From positions 33,578,108-33,622,667 of the forward strand of contig NC_068988.1 of NCBI RefSeq assembly GCF_001194135.2: a DNA stretch of 44,560 bases. The letters run 5' to 3'. This DNA comes from Octopus bimaculoides (taxonomy: Eukaryota). This document shows, one piece after another, positions 26,209-38,183 of the stretch. The notes under the pieces are model-generated. The model saw only the letters and a list, made by a program, of their open reading frames with translations, did no database searches and was not told where the DNA came from. Position 1 is the first letter of the stretch. The number at the start of each line of letters is the position of its first letter. The position numbers and the translations under genes were made by a program.

Positions 26209-26510
26209 TCTAGATATATACAACTGAGAATGTGTGTATGTCTCTGTGTGTGCGCGCGCGCGTGTGTGTGTGTGAGTGCGTCTGTGTCTGTATGTGTACC
26301 ACACTAAAACTCGAGAACTAGCAAACTGATTCCATTCAAATTTTACAAACACATTACTTAGGGTACATCGAGTGCCATGAGCTACAACTTAATGTAAGTT
26401 AATAGTTTCAGTTTTAATAGTTTCACTATGTACTTAATATATACTTAGCGAAACTTTTAATAGCGAAATCATTGTAAGTGAAATTATTGTCTCATATTGC
26501 ATATATACAA
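26209..26510 (+). mobile_element. Helitron-like non-autonomous element, 5' part
   Basis: A|TC start, then tagatatatacaactgagaatg, an internal TG/CG microsatellite and aactgattccattcaaatttt. This layout is recalled from Lep1/HINE-type elements. No 3' CTAG or hairpin is seen. Confidence 0.4.
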
Positions 26511-26516
26511 CCATAG

Positions 26517-26692
26517 GATCGCCGCGGTTTCGATTCCCAGACCGGGCGTCGTGAGTGTTTATTGAGCAAAAACATCTAAAGCTACACGAGGCTCCGGCAC
26601 GGGGAAGTGGTGAGACCTGTTGTACTCTTTCACCTCAACTTTCTCTCACAATTTGTTCCTGTTTGCGTTGTACCTGTATTTCAAAGGGCCAG
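26517..26692 (+). mobile_element. tRNA-derived SINE family C fragment
   Basis: B-box ggtttcgattccc matches the head at 41506-41585. The body resembles an octopus SINE as recalled. Confidence 0.6.
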
Positions 26693-26769
26693 AAATTTTC
26701 TTTAGAAAAGTACTTTTACATAACTTGCTGTCAATTCATTGGATTAATCTCAACATATTCCCCCATCTA

Positions 26770-27270
26770 ATTAAATATTGAAAAATAGAAAATATGGATT
26801 AGTTTTGGAATTCTCTATAGAAAATTTGAAATGAATTTGTTTTTCTATATTCTTAATCTCCGTAATTTTCCACGTTGATTGAAAAAAAAATACCGAAGAA
26901 AGTTAATGAAATTGCGGGGAGAGACGAATTAAAAATTTCGAAAACATGTTTTTTCACATATTGGGATAGCCTGTCGAAAACAATACGTTGAAAAAAAAAA
27001 GGTCGGAAGTGTCATATGGGGAGCTACAGCCCCCTATATAGGCAAGGGTCAAAGTTTGACACACTCCTACATCCTTCCCCGAGTAATGAAAAACCTTCAT
27101 TCTAAATTTGGTGCAGATTGATCAAGCGGTTTGGCTGTACATAGAGGACACACACACGCACACACACACGCAGCCTCCGATTATTAATATGGGATCATAT
27201 GATTGTTCGTACATTTCCGTAAATGAGACACATACGCACACGCATACAACCTGCGATTATTAATAGATCA
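26770..27270 (-). mobile_element. Helitron-like non-autonomous element with a duplicated 5' end
   Basis: Minus strand reads atcccatattaataatcggaggctg-(TG)n-cctctatgtacagccaaaccgcttgatcaatctgcaccaaattt from 27196. A second atctattaataatcgcaggttg start lies at 27270. Confidence 0.4.
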
Positions 27271-28719
27271 GTCAGTTGTTTCAACTAATATATATTTGAT
27301 GTTTAAGTTGTTTTTTTCATTTTGCACTTCTGGCATACGTCACATTACACGGAAACGTGGATCCATAAAGTAATATCTGATTTCTATTTTGGTTCCACTT
27401 GTAGTACATTAAAAAAAATTCTAATCGTGTTGTGGATGTATTCTACGAATATTTAGTTTATTCTACAGCTTAATTCGGCTAAGGCTCATCAATTCATTTA
27501 TTCAGTTACAGAGCCTTCAAGGCATGTTTTAATGCTTATATTTCCTTACCACTGTGTTTTTATTTGTAGATTTGCAGCTTACACTTTCTCTTAGAATCGT
27601 AGTACAATGAGATTTAGTTTAAGGTACACATACGAATTAAGCCAGCGGTGCTGTGTTGTGTATCTAACTCTAAGGAGACGTACATGGATCCTACGAACTA
27701 AGCAAATGTAGACAAACTATCAACTAAAGTGATTATGAATTATGAATATATGTTGTAGGATCCACGTGACTTTCCATGAGAATACATTAATTATATCATG
27801 TTCTATAATTTTGAATAAATTTCAATGTATCTTAAACTTTCTTCAAAAGTTTATATAAACAATCCACTGCAATTATTATAGTTAAATGCTATCCATGTAT
27901 ACATATCTGAACTACATTTAAGATTGTTGAATTGGCACAAATGTAGAACAGCTATGCTTTGAAAATATGTGATAACTTGACAACTAAGTACATATGAAGT
28001 TGACAAAGACTGCGATTTGTCATCAGTGACTCGTTTCTTGCAGGAGCGAAAAGACGTATTCAACAAAAATGAAATGGAGTAACGAACGCAGACGTTCAAA
28101 AGATTGACTTATGACTAGAATCATGAACATTATGTTTTGTTTTACTTTTGTTTTCTCCGTACTCAACACTAAAATAATTGCACGTCTAGTATTCACAGGG
28201 TACGTCGTAAAGACATGTGAATTTTAGAGATATAATTGTCCATACTTCAAATTCATCGCCGAATATGTCAGAAAACCAACCACGTCAATGAAGAAGGAAA
28301 GCATTTCCAACTGGAAAAAATATATATATACTTCTACAAAAAAAGTGAACAAAGGAAATGAGACGTTATATAATGTACTTTGTTGCAATAAGATACTCGA
28401 GATCATGAATTATCTTCTTCGCCTTTTCATTCGCTTTGCTATGTACCATACGAACACTTAAAACATCATTATCTTTTATAGTGAATGGAAGAAACTAATT
28501 ATTTACAAAAACTCAGATTCCAAATAAGTGAGATATACTGTGAGCTTAGTTAAGTTTCTGTCATGAACATAAGGAATACCCACTGTGCGTTAGTGCGATG
28601 CAATAAAATGATAGCATCTGCTTCATTCTTTAATTTTCATCGTCGATTGAACTGAATGCATACATACGCTCCAAGAGATCTACATACATATACATTAATA
28701 TTCATACCAAAATATGCAG

Positions 28720-28815
28720 ATACACACACACACGCGCGCGCGCGCGCACGCACACACGAACATACACAAACGCACTCACACATACGCACACACACAAACA
28801 CACATATATACATAC
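28720..28815. repeat. (CA)n-(CG)7-(CA)n alternating purine/pyrimidine tract
   Basis: Directly visible; (CG)7 at 28733-28746. Confidence 0.9.
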
Positions 28816-28965
28816 GCGATAACACTCTAATGTATAATGTACGCTGGTCTAATTTAAAATATTTTCCCACGTAAAAAGAATTTAGTGTATGCAAAGCCTT
28901 TCCTGAATAGCAAATTTATCTTACACTGTAACAGTCGAAATAATGTGTTGCTTTTAAATGAAGAA

Positions 28966-29112
28966 TATTCTACTCTAGGCACAAGGCCCGACCGTTTTGG
29001 GGGATGAGGCCAGTCGAGTAGACTGAAACCAGTACGCAACTGGTACTTAATTTATTGACTCCAAAAGGATGAAAGGCAAAGTCGACCACGGTGGAATTTG
29101 AACTCAGAACAT
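28966..29112 (-). mobile_element. SINE family A, 5'-truncated
   Basis: ggatgaaaggcaaagtcgacc.cggtggaatttgaactcagaac is the reverse complement of the B-box region of the 39967 copy. Confidence 0.85.
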
Positions 29113-29718
29113 TAAATGTAGAATGTTTACATACTCATGTATGTGCGTATGTGAATCTGTTTTGATTGATTGAGTGTGTGTGTTTGTGTGTGTGTGCATG
29201 TGTGTGTGTGCGTGTGTGTGTTTGTGTGTTTGTGTGTGTGTGTGCGTGCATGTGTCCTTTTGTTCGTGTATACATGCTCCTTATATTTTTTCAATTGTTT
29301 CACCTGTGGAGAAATCATTGCTTTTTTACAGAACATTAAGTGTCTTGCATGGCAATTTAGATTTAATTGTGTCTTTCTATAATTTAGATTCATGAATGTG
29401 AGCGCATATCAGATACATATGTAAATATGTATGCATTATGTACCTATGAACGTAGGTATGCATACAAGCATTATATACATATGTACGTAGTTATGTATGT
29501 ATGCCTCATACATGCGTATAAGTAAGCTCATATGGCGGTATGAACACTGGAATTTGTTAGCATTTAAAGGGACGTAGCAATACATTTGCTTCAATATTCG
29601 CATCGGGTTTTTCTTGTTCTTAGTTTGATGCTCTGAACAATTCATTTCACCGTATTTGCTGAAAGCATACTTGTTGAAGAAGCGGGAAAACAAATTCAGT
29701 GATTCATCATACACTCAT

Positions 29719-29875
29719 TCATATGGTGTTCCAAAGTAGTAGTAGTAGTAGTAGTAGTAGTAATAAGGCCGATGCATATAATTGCGCGTCGCTGCATCCA
29801 CCATTATGCTGGAGATTGCCCACTCCAGGCGGATGACATTTTTGGACCAGTGGTTCCAAAAACATGGTGAAATCT
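29719..29875 (-). CDS. Candidate terminal coding exon of an unidentified gene
   Basis: Acceptor cattcag precedes 29875. Two frames are open; one ends CHPPGVGNLQHNGGCSDAQLYASALLLLLLLLLLWNTI*. The poly-Leu is encoded by a microsatellite, and no homology is recognised. Confidence 0.2.
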
Positions 29876-30710
29876 CTGAATGTGACTTTTGATATGACAA
29901 AAGACAAATTAGTATCAAGCAATGATTCGGTTATAGCTATGACTCACAGTATACTAGCAGTAGTATGAGTGGCTATTAATAATTCTACAAAGCTTGTAAT
30001 AAAGCAGAAATGCGGTCCAAACAGTGTATTCATTTATCAACTAGCGTTTGATTGAAGCTGGAAGCATAGCATGAAAACATGTTATGACGTTACACTTTTG
30101 CATTGAATTAATAAGCACTTTCTCTTTCACACTCTGAAACTTAGAGCATTCTCAGGATCGTTTTCATGGCATAGACAGTCTTGCAGCAAATGAAGGCGTT
30201 GTACTTCAATTTAAAACCTACTATGATAAAGCAAATTTTAGTAATTTAAAATGAGGACTAACCCTGTATATGGAGAGCTTTGTACATTGTATATATATAT
30301 ANNNNNNNNNNNNNNNNNNNNNNNNNNNNNNNNNNNNNNNNNNNNNNNNNNNNNNNNNNNNNNNNNNNNNNNNNNNNNNNNNNNNNNNNNNNNNNNNNNN
30401 NNNNNNNNNNNNNNNNNNNNNNNNNNNNNNNNNNNNNNNNNNNNNNNNNNNNNNNNNNNNNNNNNNNNNNNNNNNNNNNNNNNNNNNNNNNNNNNNNNNN
30501 NNNNNNNNNNNNNNNNNNNNNNNNNNNNNNNNNNNNNNNNNNNNNNNNNNNNNNNNNNNNNNNNNNNNNNNNNNNNNNNNNNNNNNNNNNNNNNNNNNNN
30601 NNNNNNNNNNNNNNNNNNNNNNNNNNNNNNNNNNNNNNNNNNNNNNNNNNNNNNNNNNNNNNNNNNNNNNNNNNNNNNNNNNNNNNNNNNNNNGTGAAAT
30701 AATTAAAGAA

Positions 30711-30762
<52 letters not shown>

Positions 30763-30780
30763 GTAATAATAATAATAATG
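30711..30780. repeat. (AAT)n microsatellite
   Basis: Directly visible. Confidence 0.97.
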
Positions 30781-30784
30781 TGCA

Positions 30785-30906
30785 AATCACTCTCAATACA
30801 GTAACCATAAGAGCATCACAGCAAACCACAGCACATACCGAATGCACACAGAGCTGCGCTCGGTAGTGAAGTGAAAGCACGTTATAAAAATAAAACTACT
30901 GAATAA
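30785..30906 (+). mobile_element. Probable 3' end of a Dong/R4-type non-LTR retrotransposon, severely 5'-truncated
   Basis: ctc tca ata cag taa (LSIQ*) is followed by a UTR ending aaaactactgaataa, and the piece abuts an (AAT)n array. Dong elements are known to target TAA repeats. The family match is from recall. Confidence 0.5.
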
Positions 30907-30989
30907 ATTTGGTAAATTTAAAAGAAAAGTCTTTTTAAAGACATATTTGTATTGTATTCAAATAAGGGGGGACTTTTTCTTGTTTCTGC

Positions 30990-33880
30990 CTGTCTCTGTT
31001 TTACTTGTTAACTCTTGTGGGTTCGAAGAAGAGCACCTATTCTTCGAACCCACAAATTTTGGTCTGACATTGGCCGGCTTAGTAAACCTATTCTTGACAA
31101 TATTGTACCCTTTATAATTCCAAATTTAATTCTAAAATTAGGGATTGATACTGATGAGGTACTTAACTGGTTTGGATCTATTGATAACACTAGTAATTAT
31201 TCTTCCATCCAATTTGACATAAATAGTTATTTTCAAGCATATCCCCAATACTTCTAAATAAGGCTCTTATTTTTGCTAAAAATCGCTTTCTTATTACTAA
31301 GGATAAAATCGATATTATTCTGTTAGCTAGAAGAACTATTATTGAATTTGATGGAAAACTTTGGACTAGGTTGACACTCAAGACAACATCGATATTTGCG
31401 ATGGGGTCGCGCGACTCTGCTGAAATTACAAATCTTGTAGGTGTGTACCTCTTGTATAGCCTAAATAAGGAAATCCCAGAGCCACTAGGCGGTTTATATA
31501 GGGATAATGCCTTAGTCATCATCCCTAGTTACAATAAATCAATCATTGAAAGAATGAGGAAGGAAATTAGAAATGGTTTTAAAAGCTTCAACCTAAGTAT
31601 TGCGTATGATAATGGTACTAAGATAGTACATTTTTTAGACACTACTCTAAACATAGACTTTAAATTGTACTACACCTATAGAAAAGAGAACTAGGTTACA
31701 AGGTATGTGAATAAATTATCTAATCACCCCCCGAATTTATCAATAGTAAAAAGCATTTCTGAGAGAATTACTAAGTTATCTTCAAATATAGATATTTTTA
31801 ATTCCCATTCATACCACTACAATGTTGCTTTGTCTAAAACTGGATATAACCAGAAAATGTCTTTCTTCAGTCCTGGAAGGCGGACTCTTTTTGATAAAGA
31901 AATTAATAATGATGTTAGTAATTGTAAGTCTACCAATTTAATTAGTGATGATGAAATACTAAATGAAAAAACAGCTTACATACCTGATATTTTAAGGAAT
32001 AACAATAATAATAGAGTATATTTTGATAGGAGACTCCATACTAATACTAGCAAAAAAGCTAGGTTAGATAAAGGAAATGGCAATATAAATGATATTGTTA
32101 CTCTACAAAATAATAGGGATTCCACAAAAAGATATGTAAAACTATAAATCATAATATTGTCCTAAAGAATAATGGTAATCAAAATGTATCCTGTACTCAC
32201 TCACATAATAAATTTAAAAGTAAATATTCTGTCTGGTTCAATATCCCATTTAACTGTGCAGTATCCACTGATATATACAAAAATATATAGCAATTTTACA
32301 AACAAATTCCCTTTTCCTACAGATATAGTAGAAACGTTTCACGTAATACAATCAGAATCTCATACTCAGCCCTCTCTAATATAGGTACAATCATAGCTAG
32401 GTTAAACAGAAAGAACATAAATTTGGCCAGAATTATTGAAAATAAAATGGTGGTAATAGTTATAGAAATATCAATAATAGCATTACCAATAATTATAGAA
32501 ATGGAAGTGGAAATAACAATAACAATAGCAATTATGAAGGTAACAGCAATATCCTTAGTTCCGTCAACCATAACTTAAACCGAAATAATGAATATAGTGG
32601 TATTGATGTTGGAAGTACAATTGAAATAAATAGTAGTAGCACCTCTAATGATAATAATGTGAATTATGAGTCTAGTTCATATATGGAAATAGAAAATATT
32701 AGTACGCCTGGTTCTGCGGGAATGATTCTATCGGATAGCACGATGGAATTGGAGTTAGATAGTAATAGAAGGGATCACAATAAGCCTGATAGTAGAATTA
32801 ATACTAGGGGAATAATAGCAATACGAATAATTGTAACAACAATAATTTAAATCTTAGTAATAATATTGGTGTTGTTGATGGGTCCACTAGTTGCAATTGT
32901 AGAAATAAGTCCCGTTTTCCGTTATTAGGCTGATGTCTCACCAGAAACGTAGTATATAAATGCACAAGATGAGAACTATGTTCCATGGAAACATATGAAA
33001 TTTCAAACTCAGAAACTAACCTGATTAATAACAGACTAGACCTTAGAGTATTGTGTGTACACTGTTCCACTCGCACTTTTACATATCTTAAAAAGTAGCA
33101 AACTTATATAGTGTGGTATTTTAACAACTACCATGTTTATCTTATGCTATAATTAGTACATATTTAAATTGAAATTGAACTTTTATAGCATATTTTTTAT
33201 CTCTCAACTTAATGTATAATCTTCCTGTGAAAAAATCAAATTTTAACTTTATCCATGGGTGGTATATGATTTTACTTAAATTGTTTTCATATCACATTTT
33301 TTAACACATATTGCTGTTAAGTGTGTTTGTTACTTAACTTTAATGAATAGGATGTTTTGAAATTTCTTAATAGTTTTGAATAATTTTTAAACCTTTAAAA
33401 ATTTTATGTGATGCCTGACCCTAAAAGATTCATGTTATTCCATTGTTGTTGTCGTATTATCATTGTTATTTTATGAGTGACTTAAATAAATCTAATCCTT
33501 GTTACATTATTATTTTGTACTTAGCCCATGTTAGTTAACACAAGTTCCTATGTATCAATTCATTACATTAGTTATATAATAAATTTTATCTCTTATGTAT
33601 CCTTTAAATGATATTAGATATATAAGTTTAATTTTAAAATTAGTTATATAATAAATGTTATCTCTTATGTGTCCTTTAAATGATATTAGCTATATAAGTT
33701 TAATTTTAAAATTATAGTCCAATATATATAAAAAACACTTTTAATTTCACATCTTAACTATGGTTCCTTACATTGGTGTAAATAAGTCTAAATGTACTTT
33801 ATCATAGCATTTTACATTTGATGTAATGTTAACATTGCTTAAATAAATGGAGTCGTATGAAACGATCGTACTACATTAAC
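30990..33880 (+). mobile_element. Largest PLE remnant: RT, long low-complexity linker, truncated GIY-YIG start, AT-rich 3' region
   Basis: WSDIGRLSKPILD...SIQFDINSY, MGSRDSAEITNLVG...GGLYRDNAL...FLDTTLN and NKLSNHPPN..SISERITKLSSN. CNCRNKSRFPLLG*CLTRNVVYKC starts at 32892. Stops and frameshifts throughout. Confidence 0.9.
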
Positions 33881-35357
33881 CTTGGATATCCTTGTTGCTT
33901 ATTTTGATTATATATCATCATCATCATCATCATCATCATCGTTTAACGTCCGGCGTCTATGCTAGCTAAAACGATGATGATGATGATGAAGATATACATA
34001 TATATATATATATANNNNNNNNNNNNNNNNNNNNNNNNNNNNNNNNNNNNNNNNNNNNNNNNNNNNNNNNNNNNNNNNNNNNNNNNNNNNNNNNNNNNNN
34101 NNNNNNNNNNNNNNNNNNNNNNNNNNNNNNNNNNNNNNNNNNNNNNNNNNNNNNNNNNNNNNNNNNNNNNNNNNNNNNNNNNNNNNNNNNNNNNNNNNNN
34201 NNNNNNNNNNNNNNNNNNNNNNNNNNNNNNNNNNNNNNNNNNNNNNNNNNNNNNNNNNNNNNNNNNNNNNNNNNNNNNNNNNNNNNNNNNNNNNNNNNNN
34301 NNNNNNNNNNNNNNNNNNNNNNNNNNNNNNNNNNNNNNNNNNNNNNNNNNNNNNNNNNNNNNNNNNNNNNNNNNNNNNNNNNNNNNNNNNNNNNNNNNNN
34401 NNNNNNNNNNNNNTATATATATATATATATATGGGCGATTGTAAAAGTACACGATATATTCGATATTCGGGTTCCCTATCATCTCACACGTTGTACTAGA
34501 AACGAGAAACACGTGCACAGATTTAAAAAATTACACGGGCAGAAATTCATTCGATGATCTAATAATTGAAAGGGAAAAAAGCGAGATGTTCATGATTGAA
34601 ACACATTTGATAATAATTATTTTCACCATTAAATGAAGAAATATTGTCATTCATATCAACTTAAGATCTGACGTTCAGAAGAAATTACATATACACGGGC
34701 GCTTACGTGTGTGTGTCTCTTGCTTCTCTGCGTTGCAATTATACCATACAGCTTAACACCCTGTCTTCACTAATCTCAATGTTTTTGCCTTCTATATTGC
34801 CTCTACATAACCATAAAAAATACTGTTCTATTTTCAGAGGGTAGTCTTGCAAGAAGAAATCTGATAGCGTAGATTTAATATTCGTGATTTATATGATAAT
34901 GTATTGGACAGTTTGTCACGAAGGGAGGTGACAAAAGTCAATTCTAATGGGAATATATTTGCAAAAAGTAATGTAGTATATACTCAATAGAAACATTATA
35001 CTATAATGCTAAAAAAAGCTTAACAGAGAAATTCATATTTGGTTCAGGAATATAGCACAAATAAACATGGGCAGAAAAATTCAAAAGTAAGTAATATATA
35101 GTATAAAATTTCTTTTCTCAAATCACATCACGTGAGAGACAAACAACTTAGGAATTATTTTCAAATTGCAGCAAATATGAAAAATACATGGAATGCCTTA
35201 AAATATTCAAAGCGAAGATAAGGTCAATATTTATGAAAACAAATGATAAGCTAATTGTATATACACATATATAACTTTATGCACGTGCATATAAGTATGA
35301 ATGGATGTATGCATGTATATGTATATATACATATATACATACATACACACATGCATA

Positions 35358-35394
<37 letters not shown>

Positions 35395-37099
35395 NNNNNN
35401 NNNNNNNNNNNNNNNNNNNNNNNNNNNNNNNNNNNNNNNNNNNNNNNNNNNNNNNNNNNNNNNNNNNNNNNNNNNNNNNNNNNNNNNNNNNNNNNNNNNN
35501 NNNNNNNNNNNNNNNNNNNNNNNTATACATATATATATTATATCAATTCACACGCACAAACGCGCGCGTTCACACACATATATACATAGACAAAGCATGG
35601 TTAATAAGGGAGTTTAATCACAGTGAAATACTTCTTAAATTCTCTCACTAGATAAAAGTACACCAGGCCTACAAAAGAGTGTTGCTATTGTTATTGTCCT
35701 GCATGCAATGCGGAGTCAAAACCCGAAGTCGAACTCCATCACTAGTAAAATTTGTAAACCCATGGTTGTATTATGCAGATACGATGGTAGGTTTTACAGA
35801 GTGATGCATGAAAATGACAAAGATTATTGGTTATATGCATTTATTATGTATCTATATATTTATTATAGGCTTCAGTGTAGCCTACAGTTGTTTCAGATAT
35901 ACATTTGAGTGCAGTCATTGTTACTTTTATCAATTGACAACCGTCGTCCTTGAGCTGTTGTTCTCTCTTACCATGGCTGAATAGTACTGACATCTTTTAA
36001 ATTAATCTGAAACGCCTCAACCTATTTTTTTATGATCGGTTGCCTCAACCGTTCTTATAATCTTAATGCAGAGAAGTTCAAAGATGGTATCTCTACATTA
36101 AGATCTAAAGCGTAAGATGTTCTCTACCCTGATAACGGAGTCTTGTCTCATCTAATGTTAATTGTATCCATACGGCCGCATTTTATAATAAACTAAATCC
36201 TACCAGCATCATTATGTATCACCGGTCACAGAAACAACTGTTGGACGTATTCATCTTTCTTTCATCCCTTTAATTTGAATCTTTGGAGCGCTACAAGGTG
36301 TCTTCTATATGGAAGATCTCTGGATCTCATCTGTGCCATCTCTCTTTCTCTCTTTATTTCTCTGTATGTCTCTCTCTCTCTCTGTCTCTCTCTCTCTCAC
36401 TCTGTNNNNNNNNNNNNNNNNNNNNNNNNNNNNNNNNNNNNNNNNNNNNNNNNNNNNNNNNNNNNNNNNNNNNNNNNNNNNNNNNNNNNNNNNNNNNNNN
36501 NNNNNNNNNNNNNNNNNNNNNNNNNNNNNNNNNNNNNNNNNNNNNNNNNNNNNNNNNNNNNNNNNNNNNNNNNNNNNNNNNNNNNNNNNNNNNNNNNNNN
36601 NNNNNNNNNNNNNNNNNNNNNNNNNNNNNNNNNNNNNNNNNNNNNNNNNNNNNNNNNNNNNNNNNNNNNNNNNNNNNNNNNNNNNNNNNNNNNNNNNNNN
36701 NNNNNNNNNNNNNNNNNNNNNNNNNNNNNNNNNNNNNNNNNNNNNNNNNNNNNNNNNNNNNNNNNNNNNNNNNNNATATATATATATATATATATATATA
36801 TAAGCATACACGTGTGTGTGTGTGTGTGTGTGCATACTTATGTATCTGTGTGTCTCTGTGTATCCTTTCTATTGAGAGCTCTGCAAATCGCGTATGTTTA
36901 TAAATAATTGTTATTAAGTTGTGTCAGAATAATGCTATGATTCTGTTACAATTCTGTGGAAGGAACGAAAAGTGAAGAAAGAACGTAGCCACTTCATGTG
37001 AAATGTTGGGTTGAGTGTTCTATATTCTAACGTGTTTGAAAACTGAAGGTTATATTTGAATGAAAATGACATGGCATGTCATCAACAAATAGAGATAAA

Positions 37100-37460
37100 A
37101 TACTATCTCAAGTCTCTGGAAATAATTTCTTTTGAATATCCCAATGATTCCGCATAAGAACTCTAAAAATACTTGTGTGCATATCAAAATGAATGAGAGT
37201 TTTATCCCATTCAAACTGCTGGTCAAAACAAAAAGGACCAGTTAACAATACAAGTGTCATCTGCAAAAGTCCGTTGCTTCCTGAAGAGATTTCCAGAATG
37301 AAAGAAAGAGTACTTAGAAGTAATTTCAAATTTAGTAATTATAAAAAAAAATTCTAATTAAAAGAAATATATCATTTTTTTTTTGCGTAGGCTTGGTGGA
37401 AAGGACATACCAGAAACATCCAAAGCTGAATATCAATGAAGCATATAAAAATGTAATCTA
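37100..37460 (-). mobile_element. Possible highly decayed LINE RT fragment
   Basis: RTFADDTCIV (YADD-like) at about 37245-37275 and a possible FID-like motif upstream. Little else is recognisable. Confidence 0.25.
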
Positions 37461-37999
37461 GAGGAAGCAATACCCAGCCACTGATGTATTCCACACTTCT
37501 GAGGGCGTAGACTCAAGAAGCTATTTTAAGTAATCCTTAATCTCAATAGAAACCGATTTTCTACAGAAAAAATTCCGCATAGTGACAGGTCACACATGAT
37601 CTTCTTTCGTTCTACTGTTCTACTTATCTCACATAATTCTATTAATAAGGTATCTGCAGTATATCCATTAATAAATTTTCTACACCACAAAAGAAACTGC
37701 TTTTAGAAGCTTTTAGAAGTGATGCGAAACAACGATTAACTAGTTAATTAATCGAATCTTAGTAACCAGCATCAGTAAAAGATAATGGAAGTAATCAAAT
37801 TTGTGGTGATTGGGCAAAGACATCAAATTTTTTTAGATAAATAGACATACTTTTCGTCCTTTTTCTATTATGTTATGTCATTTTAAATTAACAAATTCGT
37901 ATATACTCTGGTATATATATATACATANNNNNNNNNNNNNNNNNNNNNNNNNNNNNNNNNNNNNNNNNNNNNNNNNNNNNNNNNNNNNNNNNNNNNNNN

Positions 38000-38034
<35 letters not shown>

Positions 38035-38183
38035 TTTGTTTATTTTCTCTTAGTTAACAATTAACTCCGACGAAATAAATTGGTTAATAGATACCAGGGT
38101 AGCAAAGATCACAAAATGACTGTGGTGTAACTCCTGTTTATGAGGTAGAAACTTCCTGCTATTTTGGGTATTTGAGTAAATAT

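Noticed and set aside
28229-28465. Plus-strand open frame of about 78 codons (RYNCPYFKF...)
   Set aside because: No recognisable motif or donor site; it may be chance.
30820-30860. Strong minus-strand donor TCG|gtatgt
   Set aside because: It lies inside the antisense of a probable Dong/R4 3' UTR.
32931-32933. In-frame TGA near PLE cysteine motifs as possible selenocysteine
   Set aside because: It sits at a variable position in a copy with many other stops, is more simply explained by mutation such as CGA to TGA, and no SECIS is evident.
35971-36005. 35-nt minus-strand candidate exon (INLKDVSTIQP)
   Set aside because: The acceptor is weak and its phases are incompatible with the neighbouring candidate exons.
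37108-37329. ORF MKLLLSTLSF... as a secreted protein
   Set aside because: It uses a non-ATG start, and another frame shows an RT-like FADDT, favouring a LINE relic.
647-38064. Long ORFs containing runs of X, and YI/CV/HT/poly-I/poly-L ORFs
   Set aside because: They span N-gaps or translate microsatellites, so they are not evidence of genes.
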